Positions 52,014 to 63,540 are shown, numbered from the stretch's first letter. The stretch: DNA of 64,000 bases from an uncultured Candidatus Binatia bacterium (GCA_965218425.1 OZ244621.1:1248001-1312000), one strand, 5' to 3'. Program-made: numbers and translations. The notes: generated from the sequence alone by a model not told the origin.

Positions 52014-52364
52014 ATGAAAATTCTTCGACTTTACACAGGCACCGATGGGGAGTCGCATTTCCAGGAGCAGGAGATGGACTTTAAGCCAAGGGGGAACGCT
52101 ACGGAAACAACCCCGGTGCAAGATGCCACCGACATCGCCTTTCGCAGTGCCCCTCCCGGCCACGCGCAGGACTGGCACCCGGCGCCGCGCCGCCAATATG
52201 TGATCACTTTGTCTGGACAGGGTGAGATCGAAATCGGTGACGGGACCATTCGACGCTTTGGGCCAGGCGACGTTATGCTAGCCGACGATTTAACCGGACG
52301 GGGTCACATCACGCGCTCTGTGGGGTCCGAACCGCGGGTCTATGCCACCATCCCGCTGAAATGA
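52014..52364 (+). CDS. Cupin-fold protein, copy 1
   Basis: DGESHF, WHPAPRRQYVITLSG and DDLTGRGH motifs. Confidence 0.85.
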   Translation: MKILRLYTGTDGESHFQEQEMDFKPRGNATETTPVQDATDIAFRSAPPGHAQDWHPAPRRQYVITLSGQGEIEIGDGTIRRFGPGDVMLADDLTGRGHITRSVGSEPRVYATIPLK

Positions 52365-52418
52365 AGCCACAACGGGTTTACACCTATGGTGTCCTTCATT
52401 TCATAAGGTTAAGAGTCA

Positions 52419-52768
52419 ATGAGAATGGTGAGGATCTTTACCGGGACAGACGATCAGTCCCATTTCGAGGATCTAGAGTTTGAGTTTGCCCCTCGGGGCG
52501 ATGCCACAGTCACCACCCCCCCCAAGGCGCGACCGAAGTCTTTTTTCGCCGTGCCGCTCCCGGCTACGTCAACGATTGGTACCAGGCTCCAAGACGCCAA
52601 TATGTCATCACGCTTTCGGGCCGGTGGGAAGTCGAAGTGGGTGACGGATCGAAACGGAGCTTCAGTGCCGGAGGCATCCTCCTGGCAGAGGATGTGACCG
52701 GACAAGGCCACAAGTCAAAGGTCCTGGGATCTCAACCTCGAATTTACGCCTTCGTTCCATTGAAATAA
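52419..52768 (+). pseudogene. Cupin-fold protein, copy 2, frameshifted in a C8 tract
   Basis: Adding one C at 52516-52523 restores a full paralogue (...WYQAPRRQYVITLSG...EDVTGQGH...FVPLK*). Confidence 0.85.
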
Positions 52769-52955
52769 TTGATCAATCCCTCAAGACCACGCTCCTCCGA
52801 CATCAGGTTCTGCGCATTTTCCCCTGGCGCGGGTCAGCCACCTCGAGTTGAATTTGACCGGTGCCTATGTAAACCTAGGTTTTGACCCGTGCCGATGCAA
52901 CCGATTTTGATTAGGCACAAATATCAACCTTTCACGATTTCGTAATAACAAAGAT

Positions 52956-54353
52956 ATGGAACAGGCCAAAAATCTCCTAAGAGAGATACCCTCGGTGGAC
53001 CGCCTGCTAAAGCATACCCGAAGCGTGCGTCTCCTGGAGCGTTACAATCGCGAATATGTCACTCGAAAATGCAGAGAATGCGTGGATGAGATACGGAAGG
53101 CACTGCGACAAGGCAAAACGCTAAAGCATGAGGCATTAGAGGAAGAGTCGATCCTAGATCGAATTGAAGTAAAGATTGCCTCGGAGAGCGAGCCAAAACT
53201 CAAGCAGGTCGTTAATGCCACAGGCACAGTACTGCACACGAATCTCGGACGTGCGGTCTTGCCCCAGGCGGCTATGGATGCCCTTAGCACCATCGGTCGC
53301 CATCCCGTAAATCTAGAATATGACCTCTCCAAGGGAAAACGCGGCAAGAGGGAAGAACCCATTGAGAATGCCCTCCTTGAGCTCACGGGTGCACCGGCCG
53401 CCACGGTTGTGAACAATAATGCCGCGGCGGTGTTGCTGGGCTTGAATACCCTCGCATTTGGCAGGGAGGTAATCGTGTCCCGCGGAGAACTAATCGAGAT
53501 TGGCGGCTCTTTCCGGATTCCAGAGATCATGGAAAAAAGCGGTGCTATTCTCAAGGAGGTGGGGAGCACCAATCGCACCCACCCCGGGGACTATGAGAAG
53601 GCCATCACCAAAAGGACAGCCTTACTACTTAAAGTGCACACGAGTAACTACCGGATCGTCGGATTCTCCTCCGAGGTAGATCTCCATGACCTCGTGGCCA
53701 TAGGGAAGAAACACAAGGTCCCCGTCATGGAGGACCTAGGCAGCGGTGCCTTCGTAGACCTGGGTCAATACGGGCTACCAAAGGAACCATTAGTGGCGGA
53801 ACGGATCGCCCTGGGCGCAGATGTGGTAACCTTTAGCGGCGACAAAATACTGGGGGGGCCCCAGGCAGGGCTCATCGTTGGCAAGGAGCTCTGGATCAAC
53901 CGCATGAACCGCAACCCCCTCAAGAGGGCGCTACGCTGTGGCAAGCTCACATTGGGTGTATTGGAAGCGGTCCTGAGGCTCTATCAACAATCTCTCGATG
54001 TCACCCAATCGATCCCCACACTGAAGGCCTTCACACGCCCTCTTGAAGAGATCGAAGAGATGGGGAAACGTCTCCTGCCCCTCCTTGAAAAGACCCTCGG
54101 AGAAGGGTTCCTGGTAAGCCTAGAGGATTCTGGTTCTGAGATCGGCAGCGGTTCGCTCCCCACGGAAGAGATTCCTACCAAGGTCATCGCTATTCACCAT
54201 GGAGGCATAGGGGCTCAAAAGATCGCTCGGTTGTTCCGTGTGTCAGATCCGCCGATACTGGGTCGGGTCAAGGACGGCCGCTTTCTGCTGGATTTGAGGG
54301 CAATCTTCAATCCTGAAGACTTGATCCCTCGACCAACGACTTATACCTCCTAA
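52956..54353 (+). CDS. selA: L-seryl-tRNA(Sec) selenium transferase
   Basis: NATGTVLHTNLGRA, SRGELIEIGGSFRIP, EVGSTNRT and FSGDKILGGPQAG motifs. Confidence 0.97.
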   Translation: MEQAKNLLREIPSVDRLLKHTRSVRLLERYNREYVTRKCRECVDEIRKALRQGKTLKHEALEEESILDRIEVKIASESEPKLKQVVNATGTVLHTNLGRAVLPQAAMDALSTIGRHPVNLEYDLSKGKRGKREEPIENALLELTGAPAATVVNNNAAAVLLGLNTLAFGREVIVSRGELIEIGGSFRIPEIMEKSGAILKEVGSTNRTHPGDYEKAITKRTALLLKVHTSNYRIVGFSSEVDLHDLVAIGKKHKVPVMEDLGSGAFVDLGQYGLPKEPLVAERIALGADVVTFSGDKILGGPQAGLIVGKELWINRMNRNPLKRALRCGKLTLGVLEAVLRLYQQSLDVTQSIPTLKAFTRPLEEIEEMGKRLLPLLEKTLGEGFLVSLEDSGSEIGSGSLPTEEIPTKVIAIHHGGIGAQKIARLFRVSDPPILGRVKDGRFLLDLRAIFNPEDLIPRPTTYTS

Positions 54354-54903
54354 TGAGGCCCCCCTTTTCGGCAAAATCCTGCAAGGCAATCTCGAGCATC
54401 CGGCGACCACGGAATACCCTTGATCGCAATGGGGCATTTCATTACGCTTGCGGCCTCCTCATAGCTCAATTCATTTATATCCACCGGATTCACTGCCCTG
54501 CGGTAGTCGAGGGGCAACTCATTCAAAGCCTCTTCCACTCCCTCATGCATAAGATACCATAAGAACAAGTTCTCGGGGTCCCCTCTTTCCATCGTTTCCT
54601 CCTGCTCCACAGCGAAACCGGACACCTCATCCAAACACCCACAGTCAACCATTTCTGGCTGTTTTTTCATGTGACGATACCGATTAACGAAAAGGCGCCG
54701 TAAAATGGACACAAGCCAAGCTTTGCAGTTGGATCCCATCTCAAATTTATCAAAAAAGCGAAAGGCACGAAGATACGTTTCTTGGACAAGGTCCTCTGCC
54801 CTTGCCTTCTTCTTTGTCAGGTAGGAAGCGACCTTATACGGATAGGAATGCTGGGCAAGGCAACCCTTTCAAATTCCGTCTCTAACGCCCGCTTGCGTTC
54901 CAT
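54350..54903 (-). pseudogene. ECF sigma factor (SigH/SigR-like), frameshifted with a disrupted region 4
   Basis: ATG at 54903; a frameshift near 54853 leads into AEDLVQETYLRAFRFFDKF. LSYEEAA..MKCPI then loses the GTVxSR HTH. Confidence 0.75.
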
Positions 54904-55139
54904 GGATTGGCCGTGCCATTGTGCCAACCTCCCTTCGGTCCGAGCCCCAGGGTTTGAGTACCACCGAGCCGTTTACCCCGAACCACCCGTCGAGAGCCTC
55001 TGGGTCGAACGACACAATGCCCCGGACGTGAGTCCGGGGATGGACGCGTACCAACTCCATCAAGGAAAGACAAATTGTCCCCTATCCAGCACTGTTGGAG
55101 GGGTTAATGCTCCAAATGATGAGACTGCAAGGGGAACGT

Positions 55140-57002
55140 TTACCATGCGGTTCGGATGTTCCACATCATACCGTCGGGTAAAGTGGGGCGCAGAATGGAA
55201 TTGACTTTTCTGAAATCCACCTCGGCCGTGGCTTTGGGCGGGTCTGGATGGGATAGCTTGAACCGTTTCTCGTTCAAGACATGCAATTTGATGCCGAAGT
55301 CGACGTATTCGAAGGGACCGTGCCTTTCGTCATTGCGAAGCATGATGAATCCCTGCTGCATATTTTCGCTGAATTCAGTTAGGTACTCGGTAATTTCATC
55401 CTCCTGTCCCTCTTCGGGGTTAACCTGATCCTCCGGGATGGTAAGCATTTCATGGGCGTCGGGGTTGTTGACTTCAAGGATCGAGTAGAAAGGTAAAATG
55501 GTCTTGAAGCCGGCCAATCGCATGGTGTTGGAATGGACTGCCCAATCGCCGTAGTGTTTCGGCGGGGTACGGCCGGCTTCATCCGGTACGCCGAAATGTA
55601 CCCCTGGTGCGTCGAGGGCAGCGAACCCATCATCGGCAAGCCTTTTCTTGACGAAATGGTAGAACTCGCGGCTATAAAGCTTGGAGAGGTTGTAGTCCTT
55701 GACATCGGGAAAATCCATGTAGATGGCGTCGAAGGTCTCGTTCCCGTGATTGCGTAGGTATTGAAATGCATCGCCAAAGACCGTGTGTACGCGAGGATTG
55801 AGGAGGGAATGCTTATTCAAGGCGGTGAGGACGGGATGGCTCTTTGCCAGCCCCACCAGGTAGTGATCGATGTCCACGTGTACGATACTTTTGACTCCTT
55901 GGTATTTGAGAAGTTCACGATGAATCAGGCCGTCACCGCCTCCCAGGACCAGGACCCGTTTGGGTACTTTGCCGTTGATGATGATGGGAACATGTGCGAA
56001 CCACTCGTGATAGAGTTCCTCGTAATTGGATGCAAACTGAAAATCTCCGTTGAGAAAGAGATAGCGATTTTCCGGCGTGAAATCCCCTTCGTTGAACTTC
56101 GTCGAGTAGGATTTAATGACATCACCGGTGAGGTCGGGGGTATGGACGATATCGATTTTTTGGTAGGGTGAGCTCTCACGAAATACGGGTGGAATGTCCT
56201 GCATCGGATCGAACAAGTTACCTAAGCTCAACGTCAATGCAGGGGCAAAATAGTATTTTTTCAGGAAAAACTGTTCAATCTGCGGACCGGAGAAATAGGC
56301 GAAGGCGAGCACCGCGCCGAAGGCAGCGCTGCCCAGTGTCTTCAAGGCTGTTCCCGGCGCTGGGGCGAGAAATCGGCGTAAGATAAAGATCGCCACCAGT
56401 AGGTTGAGGCCGGCGATCATGAATCCAATGGTGTGCAACGCGAAGAACGGAACCATATAGAGTGGAAATAAAACACCCCCCGCCAGGGAACCGATATAAT
56501 CCCAACCGAGCACCCGGTTTGTCACATTCCCTCCTGCCGCAACTTCATTGCCGAGGTTGATGAGAAGTGGCAGCTCCATTCCCGTGAGGATACCAATCAG
56601 AAAAGTGAGCATGAAGGAAAAGCCAAAGAAGACAAAGGTGCCCAGAGCCTCGGCGGCCGGCGAGGTCTCAAGGTAGAGGTACAGAGAGTGGGCAAAATTC
56701 AGTAATAATACCGAAGAAGCACCGATCAGGCTGAGCATTATTTCGACCCGATAGAGGCGGTTCCAGTCCCGAGCCTTGGATGGTGACCCGTAAAGGATCG
56801 CACCCACTCCCATGGCCGCGAGATAAATGCCCACCGTGAGGCTATACCAGATCACCATATTTCCAGCGATCAGGGATAAGGTCTGCGCAATGAGCAGTTC
56901 ATACAACAAACTGCATGCAGAAAGAACCAGTGACAGGAGGTAAATGACCGCCACGGGTGCGGTCAACGGCGTGGGGATGGAATGAGTCTCATCCGTTTTC
57001 AT
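55140..57002 (-). CDS. Membrane-anchored polyamine aminopropyltransferase-like protein
   Basis: About 7 TMs followed by SPYQKI, LNGDFQF, YHE, LGGGDG and MDFPD motifs. Confidence 0.85.
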   Translation of the reverse strand: MKTDETHSIPTPLTAPVAVIYLLSLVLSACSLLYELLIAQTLSLIAGNMVIWYSLTVGIYLAAMGVGAILYGSPSKARDWNRLYRVEIMLSLIGASSVLLLNFAHSLYLYLETSPAAEALGTFVFFGFSFMLTFLIGILTGMELPLLINLGNEVAAGGNVTNRVLGWDYIGSLAGGVLFPLYMVPFFALHTIGFMIAGLNLLVAIFILRRFLAPAPGTALKTLGSAAFGAVLAFAYFSGPQIEQFFLKKYYFAPALTLSLGNLFDPMQDIPPVFRESSPYQKIDIVHTPDLTGDVIKSYSTKFNEGDFTPENRYLFLNGDFQFASNYEELYHEWFAHVPIIINGKVPKRVLVLGGGDGLIHRELLKYQGVKSIVHVDIDHYLVGLAKSHPVLTALNKHSLLNPRVHTVFGDAFQYLRNHGNETFDAIYMDFPDVKDYNLSKLYSREFYHFVKKRLADDGFAALDAPGVHFGVPDEAGRTPPKHYGDWAVHSNTMRLAGFKTILPFYSILEVNNPDAHEMLTIPEDQVNPEEGQEDEITEYLTEFSENMQQGFIMLRNDERHGPFEYVDFGIKLHVLNEKRFKLSHPDPPKATAEVDFRKVNSILRPTLPDGMMWNIRTAW

Positions 57003-57184
57003 GGAGCAGTTTTTTCACGTCGATTTTTTTAAGTGCCTCATTCCAAGGGGATTTTAGCTCCGGACAGCAATCACTTTAATCTGAGGCGGGAAACGAGCCT
57101 TGCGCTAGGCATATAAATTGTAGGTCAATTTGTGTGTTTTCACCTGGCTGTGCAAGAAAGAAGTGGCGCTATAAGCTTCGCGGG

Positions 57185-57661
57185 TTAAAAGAGAACGGAA
57201 TTAGGCCAGGGTACATGCAGGGCGCGCTCAAATACACCGTATATGAATGCCCATGCAACAATTGTTAGACAGATTGATGTAATCCAGTGCGACCCATAGA
57301 ATTTTGAGTATGCAAAAACCCATAGCGGTACGGCAATGGGAAAACCCACCAGCCAGATGGCGGCATATAAACCGATGAGCCAGGTCCAGATCTCCAGGGC
57401 GCCCCAGCGGGTGTCACTGGCCTCGGGCATGGGGGCATCAAAAGACAGACCCTCGGCCTTGGCGGGTTGATGAAAAATGGCCCTGAGGTCCATACCCAAT
57501 TGGAATAAAGCCAAAACCAAACCTATTCCACCCAATAACAATATGAGGATTGAGGCTCGAAGTGGCCAGTCCAGTGACGATTGCAGGGCAAATATTAAAA
57601 TGCAGGCAATGAAGAGGGTAAAAAGGACTCCCTCGAGTTTAAATTTTGACTCTTGTTCCAT
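57185..57661 (-). CDS. tctB: Tripartite tricarboxylate transporter TctB-like
   Basis: 4-5 TMs ending in VFERALHVPWP; follows tctA. Confidence 0.75.
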   Translation of the reverse strand: MEQESKFKLEGVLFTLFIACILIFALQSSLDWPLRASILILLLGGIGLVLALFQLGMDLRAIFHQPAKAEGLSFDAPMPEASDTRWGALEIWTWLIGLYAAIWLVGFPIAVPLWVFAYSKFYGSHWITSICLTIVAWAFIYGVFERALHVPWPNSVLF

Positions 57662-57668
57662 AGTTGCC

Positions 57669-59165
57669 TCAAGCTGGCTTAACAACGACGGCTGCTTTTT
57701 GCCTCCTTTCCCTACGTTCTTTGATGTAGGGAAGGAGAAATGAAGCGAAGACTAGACCGAAAAGGATAATGACCGCTGGGCGCAATAGCCACTCTAAACC
57801 AAAACGGGCGTAGGATAGCCAGAGGTACTTCTCCATCTTGTTCCCCAACACTACGCCCAGAAGCAATGGAGGCCGGGGCCATCCATGCCTCCTCATCATG
57901 AATCCAAGCAACGAAAAGATAAACAAGGTCACAAGGTCATAGGCGCTAAAATTAGCCGCAAAAGCTCCCACGAAGACGAATACGGAAACCAGGGGAACGA
58001 TGGTGTTAAAGGGTAAAAAACAGGCTTTGGCCAAGGGCTTGGTAAGGATCATGCACACGGCCACCGCAAGAACGTTTGACAGGACCAAGGTCCAAATGAC
58101 GGCAAAGGTAAGATTCAGTTGAGTGGTGAGCATCGCAGGTCCCGGTTTTATTCCCACTGTGATGAATGCAATCAGGATCAGGGCCGTGGAGGTTCCGCCC
58201 GGAATGCCAAAGGCGAGGGTGGGGATATAGCTTCCTGCTTCCTTGGCATTATTCGACGATTCAGGCGCAATGACCCCTCGGATATCGCCCTTACCAAAAT
58301 TCTCCGTGTTTTTCTCTGTCTGAGCGGCATTAGCATAGGCAAACCAGTCGGCTACGGAACTTCCCAGGCCGGGGAGGAACCCTACCCACGCGCCTATAAT
58401 CGCGGACCTGATCACGAGCCACCAATTGCTCAAAGTATCCCGAATACCCTGCATAAAACCTTGGCCTAACTCCCGATCCTGAGCGATGCTAGTCTTCTGG
58501 GTCGCTAGGGCGATCACTTCAGGAACGCCAAACATGCCAAGGGCCACGATAATTAGGCTGACTCCGGTCCATAAATAAGCTGAATCAAAGGCGAAACGCT
58601 CGACTCCCGATTTCGGATCTGACCCTACTGTAGCGATGAGTACTCCCAAAACAGCGGCAGTCAAACCCTTGATGGGAGCGTTCCCGCTTAAGACGGCCAC
58701 CATTGTGAGGCCCCAAAGCGTCAGCACAAAGAATTCAGGAGAGCCAAAGGCGAGGACCAGGGGACGTAGGATTGGCAGAGAGGCAATGAGAATCAGGGGC
58801 CCAATAAATCCACCTAAAAGGGAAGACATGAATGCTGCGCTCAGGGCCCTGGCTGCCTGACCCTGTTTGGCTAAAGGATAGCCGTCAAGGATCGTAGCCT
58901 GGGAACCGGCCCCTCCGGGAACGGAGATCAAGACAGAAGTAAAACTGTTGGCCGTGTTGCCTACGGCGTCCATTCCTACAAGGATCGCGATGACCAGCAT
59001 GGGATCCTTCATGGTCATGACGAAGGGCAGCATGATAGCCAAGGTCGTAGGTCCACCTACGCCTGGCAAAAACCCAACCACACTACCAATCAATACTCCA
59101 AGGGCCATAAAGGCGAGGGATTTTAGAGTAAGAATGCCTAAGAGACCGTCAATCGCTGCTTCCAT
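57669..59165 (-). CDS. tctA: Tripartite tricarboxylate transporter TctA
   Basis: GFLPG, DGYPLAKQG, GVIAPESSNNA, PTLAFGIPG and GIKPGP motifs. Confidence 0.92.
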   Translation of the reverse strand: MEAAIDGLLGILTLKSLAFMALGVLIGSVVGFLPGVGGPTTLAIMLPFVMTMKDPMLVIAILVGMDAVGNTANSFTSVLISVPGGAGSQATILDGYPLAKQGQAARALSAAFMSSLLGGFIGPLILIASLPILRPLVLAFGSPEFFVLTLWGLTMVAVLSGNAPIKGLTAAVLGVLIATVGSDPKSGVERFAFDSAYLWTGVSLIIVALGMFGVPEVIALATQKTSIAQDRELGQGFMQGIRDTLSNWWLVIRSAIIGAWVGFLPGLGSSVADWFAYANAAQTEKNTENFGKGDIRGVIAPESSNNAKEAGSYIPTLAFGIPGGTSTALILIAFITVGIKPGPAMLTTQLNLTFAVIWTLVLSNVLAVAVCMILTKPLAKACFLPFNTIVPLVSVFVFVGAFAANFSAYDLVTLFIFSLLGFMMRRHGWPRPPLLLGVVLGNKMEKYLWLSYARFGLEWLLRPAVIILFGLVFASFLLPYIKERRERRQKAAVVVKPA

Positions 59166-59520
59166 ACCTACCTCTGAGCTGCGTCACCTGTCAGACCACT
59201 CAATAGGCTAGATCTGTTCGTCCCGACCAGTGGGTGGCCCGTTCTCATCCCTGATAGTGCCGAATATTTGTTACTTTTTTGGGAAATTCAGTAGATGGAT
59301 GTGCCATAGCCGCAGTAACCATCCCGATGGCGGTTAAAAAAAGATGCGCATGAGAATATTGTCACTAAGAATAATTCCTGTAGCAACGGCCCATCTGAAG
59401 TCTTCATGAAAGTGTCTCAGGAGCGGGAGTAAGACCATTGACCCTAGGCAACCCCGTTCCAGCAAAACGCACATTAAACATGACTTAATTGCTGGCGTCA
59501 AGGGCGGAAAGGGGAATCGT

Positions 59521-60567
59521 TCAGGCTAGACGGACCCAGGCCTTTTGCAGGGGAACTGCGTAGCCGATGTTGGTGGCATGCTCGACCCCATTGGAAAGTA
59601 AGTCGTCTACAAGCTTGGCCGCATGTCTTTGGGGCAGAGCAATCAAGAGGCCTCCCGAAGTTTGGGGGTCGTAGGCCGCCTCAACTAGACCTGCATTGAT
59701 TTTTGGACCAATGGTGACTTTGTCTTTCAGGTAATCCCGGTTTCTCTTACTTCCGCCGGTGAGATAACCTTTCTCGGCGAGTCTCTCGCTGTGATGAAGC
59801 ATCGGCAACTTTTCTGATTCCACCACCAGGGTAACGCCGCTTCCGGTGGCCATCTCCAGCGCATGGCCCAACAGTCCGTATCCTGTAACGTCAGAGCAGG
59901 CGTGGACGCGATGCTTCCGGATCACGGTGGAGGCGTTCTTGTTGAGGGTGGTCATGGATGTGACGGCTGCATCGACGCTTTCCTTAGAGGCTTTCCCTTT
60001 TTTCAGCGCGGTAGAGATAATCCCCGTTCCCAGAGCTTTGGTCAGGATGAGGGCGTCCCCCTCTTGCACTCCAACGTTTCGTAGAACGCGGTCCGGATGG
60101 ATCACACCGGTGACGGCCATGCCGTATTTGATTTCATCGTCGATAATGCTGTGGCCCCCAATGATAACCGCCCCGGCCTCATGGACCTTCTCTGCCCCTC
60201 CCTTGAGGATTTTTCCCAGCACCTGGATGTCCATTTTGTCTTTGGGAAAACACACGATATTCATGGCAGTGGCGGGTTCACCACCCATGGCGTAAACGTC
60301 GCTCAAGGAGTTGGTAGCCGCCACTTGCCCAAAGAGATAGGGGTCGTCCACGATAGGTGTGAAAAAGTCGACGGTGTTAACGATGGCCAGGTCGGAACGT
60401 AGCCGAAAAACCCCCGCATCGTCGGAGGTCTCCGTACCGACGATAACACCGGGATGTTCAGTCTTGGGTAGGCTGTGCAAAACTTGCACAAGGTCGGCGG
60501 GGCCGAGCTTGGCAGCTCAACCAGAGGCCTTGACGTGATGGGTCAGCCGAATTGCTTTTTGGCTCAT
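59521..60567 (-). CDS. selD: Selenophosphate synthetase, selenocysteine-containing
   Basis: MSQKAIRLTHHVKASG-UGA-AAKLGP, with Sec at codon 17 (60517-60519). DDAGV, TVDFFTP, SDVYAMGG, DVTGYGL and DPQTSGGLL motifs. Confidence 0.95.
60475..60516 (-). promoter_or_regulatory. Candidate bacterial SECIS of selD
   Basis: Downstream of the UGA: UCGGC-CCC-GCCGA and GUGCAA-GUU-UUGCAC stems. The G-starting apical loop is 34 nt from the UGA. Confidence 0.6.
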
Positions 60568-60625
60568 GTTGCTCCTGCTCCCAGGGGGTTTATTGTGATC
60601 GGGTTATACCTGCAGGCTTTCGTGT

Positions 60626-62539
60626 TTACGCAGGTGGTGGCGATTTAAGCCTTCTTGTGTCTCCAATCCTGAGGGTGATCCCTTCGCGGTCAAAATGTTC
60701 AAGAAGGGCAATGGTAAACTTGCGACTGGAGCTTAGAAGGTCGCGAAACGTAGCCGCGTTGATCTCCTTATGCTCCGAGAGGTACTTATATAAGACTGCT
60801 TTTACCCTGTCAACGGATTCCGCAAGAAAGTAGAGGTCTGTGGTGATTCGCACAACACTCCCTTCCCGTTCCATTACCCGAATTACTTCCATGAGCTTTC
60901 CCCGTCCAATTCCGATCTCCTTTTCTATTTCTTTCAAGTCCGGCGGGGCGAGGGGACTTCGACGGAGAACTCCCCTGATTTTCTCCGTAATGGATCGCTC
61001 TTCATCCTGCAGCTGGATCTTGTGTTCCGGCAAGCGCAGAAAGTTGCCCTCTCGCGCCAATGCCTTTAGGCCAGCAAACTGGTCCAAGAGATTGCGAAAC
61101 AGTCTGGGCGGTATCTCGTAGGGGAGCTTGGCCCGTAGCTCCTCCATGTCCATGCCAGGGGCTAAAGGATGAGAGCCATGGAAAATCTTTAAAGTCGCCA
61201 GGATCTTGTCCCTGAGTGTGTGCCACTTTTTGTCTGTTGTGTAGACCTTCTCACCCTCGGAGGTATAACTCAAAACACCTTTCGTCTGATTGAGCCATTC
61301 AAGGGTTCTCTCTTCCATGAAATTGAGAAACTGACAGGTGGTCGCAAAAGGGGTGGCGAAATCGGTGCTTTCGTTCAGAAAAGTTTCTATCAATTCTAGA
61401 CTGCTCTCGTTGGCAAGAGACTCCAGCCTTTGTTGAAGATCCTTCTCGCCCCGTTTGTGCCTCTTCGCCCAGGGGTGAATCACCCTCCCGCCTCCCAAGG
61501 TGCGTTGGGCGGTTTCGTCCCGGATGATGAATCGGTCCCCACGCATCACCAAGAGGGGGGAAGATAGCGCCACCTGACAACAGGCCGTTTCCTTGGGCTC
61601 GACCTTTTCCATGGGTCCCAGGATTACGAGTTTGCCCAGCCGCTCTGCGGTTCCCAAATGGACCCTCACCCGCTGATGATTTTTAATTCCTTTTGTGGCA
61701 GCGGGCCGTACCTCAAGATGGGCATCGAATAGATCTGAAGTGCGGGTGAGTTTCTCGTGACAGATGACGTGGCCGCGCTCGATGGAGGACCTTTCAGGCC
61801 CGGTGAGATTGAGGGCGACCCGCTGCCCCCAACCGGCCGAATCAACTGACTGATTGTGGACCTGCAAACTACGCACGCGAAAGGTCTGGTCCCCTGGCAA
61901 ACAGTGAACCTTGTCCCCAACATTAATGGCGCCACTCAGCGCGGTGCCCGTGACAATTACGCCGTGGCCTGTAAGGGCAAACACCCGGTCTACGGGGAGA
62001 CGGAAATAGCTGCTGGGAGGTCTTTGGTCTGCGTTTTGCAGCATCTGCACGATCTGGCTGCTGAGTTCCGTCAAGCCCTGCCCAGTCACTGCGGAAAAAG
62101 TGAGGATAGGTGAGTCTTCCAAGGTGGTGCCGACGGTGAGGATACGGATTTCCTCCTCAACGTCTGGAATCCTTGTCGCCGGGACGAGGTCCGTCTTGGT
62201 GATGAGGAAAATGACCAGCTTGACACCAAGTAGGTGCACGATGTCGAGGTGTTCCTCGGTCTGGGGCATTACCCCGTCGTCGGCAGCCACCGTAAACAAA
62301 ACGAGGTCCATACCATGGGCGCCGGCGAGCATATTGCGGATGAACCGCTCGTGACCGGGTACGTCGACGATACCAGCCTGGCTACCGTCCGGTAAGTCCA
62401 TATGGGCAAAGCCGAGGTCAATGGAGATTCCTCGCTCTTTTTCTTCTTTGAGACGATCGGTGTCATGGCCTGTCAAGGCCTTGATGAGGCTGGTTTTGCC
62501 GTGGTCGATGTGACCGGCCGTTCCGATGATGTATGGCAT
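60626..62539 (-). CDS. selB: Selenocysteine-specific elongation factor
   Basis: [17 protein letters not shown] and TKTD motifs; C-terminal wHTH with FRDLL-SSRK...LLEHFD. Confidence 0.97.
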   Translation of the reverse strand: MPYIIGTAGHIDHGKTSLIKALTGHDTDRLKEEKERGISIDLGFAHMDLPDGSQAGIVDVPGHERFIRNMLAGAHGMDLVLFTVAADDGVMPQTEEHLDIVHLLGVKLVIFLITKTDLVPATRIPDVEEEIRILTVGTTLEDSPILTFSAVTGQGLTELSSQIVQMLQNADQRPPSSYFRLPVDRVFALTGHGVIVTGTALSGAINVGDKVHCLPGDQTFRVRSLQVHNQSVDSAGWGQRVALNLTGPERSSIERGHVICHEKLTRTSDLFDAHLEVRPAATKGIKNHQRVRVHLGTAERLGKLVILGPMEKVEPKETACCQVALSSPLLVMRGDRFIIRDETAQRTLGGGRVIHPWAKRHKRGEKDLQQRLESLANESSLELIETFLNESTDFATPFATTCQFLNFMEERTLEWLNQTKGVLSYTSEGEKVYTTDKKWHTLRDKILATLKIFHGSHPLAPGMDMEELRAKLPYEIPPRLFRNLLDQFAGLKALAREGNFLRLPEHKIQLQDEERSITEKIRGVLRRSPLAPPDLKEIEKEIGIGRGKLMEVIRVMEREGSVVRITTDLYFLAESVDRVKAVLYKYLSEHKEINAATFRDLLSSSRKFTIALLEHFDREGITLRIGDTRRLKSPPPA

Positions 62540-63174
62540 GATACTCGGGCCTAGTCGGGCAGCAAGATCCTAACAGAAAATCCCATGGAATGCAGCTCGC
62601 CTCGATGCCTTTTGGGGCATTGAACTCCCGAGTCACAGAGGCTTCATTCTCCTCGTGGCAGGGTCTGCCGCGCAGAAATTGGCGCTGATAATTTGACAAG
62701 AATTCTCATAATGTTGTGAGGTTGGCAATAATTTGCGAATAAATCCCTTCGTCAATGGTCGATCTAAAATCCTTTTACCGTGTTTTCCCTTGTCTTCTTA
62801 GGTGGCTACGTGTCCATGATGGAATTCTGTCTCTGACATGGGACTGGCAAAATTCCCAGGCAGGCTTTTTCCGCGAAAGTTCGATGGTTGCACCTGTTAT
62901 GTCCCAGGAGTGGCTCGTCAGTGGATGCGGAAAGCATATCAATGGTCGTCAAAACGGGAGGAATGCAATGAACGAGGCCACCGATGAGGAGTCCGAGGAG
63001 GGTCACTAACCCAAACCAGTGGGAAGGCGGGCTTACTTGCGACGCTTGTTTATTGTGCCAATTAGATGCCAGGTGAAGAGAAATTGCGAAACCTGGGCAA
63101 AATGCCGCGGCACCCCACGTTCAGGACCGGCTGCGTTTAGGCAGTCGGCCCCGACACGGTTCACTTCCGGCCAG

Positions 63175-63540
63175 CTAACGCCCCCGTGAAATTTTCGGCG
63201 TGACAGCCGTCCGAGAAAGGGTAGCGGCGATTTCCGGCAGGACCCTAGTTATAACCTGCTTGTATATGAGAATCTCCACCCGTCTATTCTTCACCCGGCC
63301 CTGACGGGTGGTATTGTCCACAGCTGGATTTCTATCTCTACCCGAGACCATAAATAACGCGCATTGGATGGATCGCCTTTTTAACAATCAGGTAGCGCCC
63401 GACACTGTTTGCCCGCTTTCGCCCCAACTCGTAGTTCCGGTCACTAGAGCCCCATGCTGTCCGTGTGTCCGGCAACAAAAATAATGGCCACGGACAGGCT
63501 GCCGCTTTTTAGGCATACCCCCCTTTCTTCAAGCGAACTT
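63175..63540 (-). pseudogene. OmpA-like peptidoglycan-binding domain remnant
   Basis: GHTDSMG, then NYELGRKRANSV, then NRRVEI, with frameshifts between the motifs. Confidence 0.75.

Noticed and set aside
62755..63009. Short ORFs between selB and the OmpA remnant
   Set aside because: No motifs or clear RBS, so they cannot be supported as genes.
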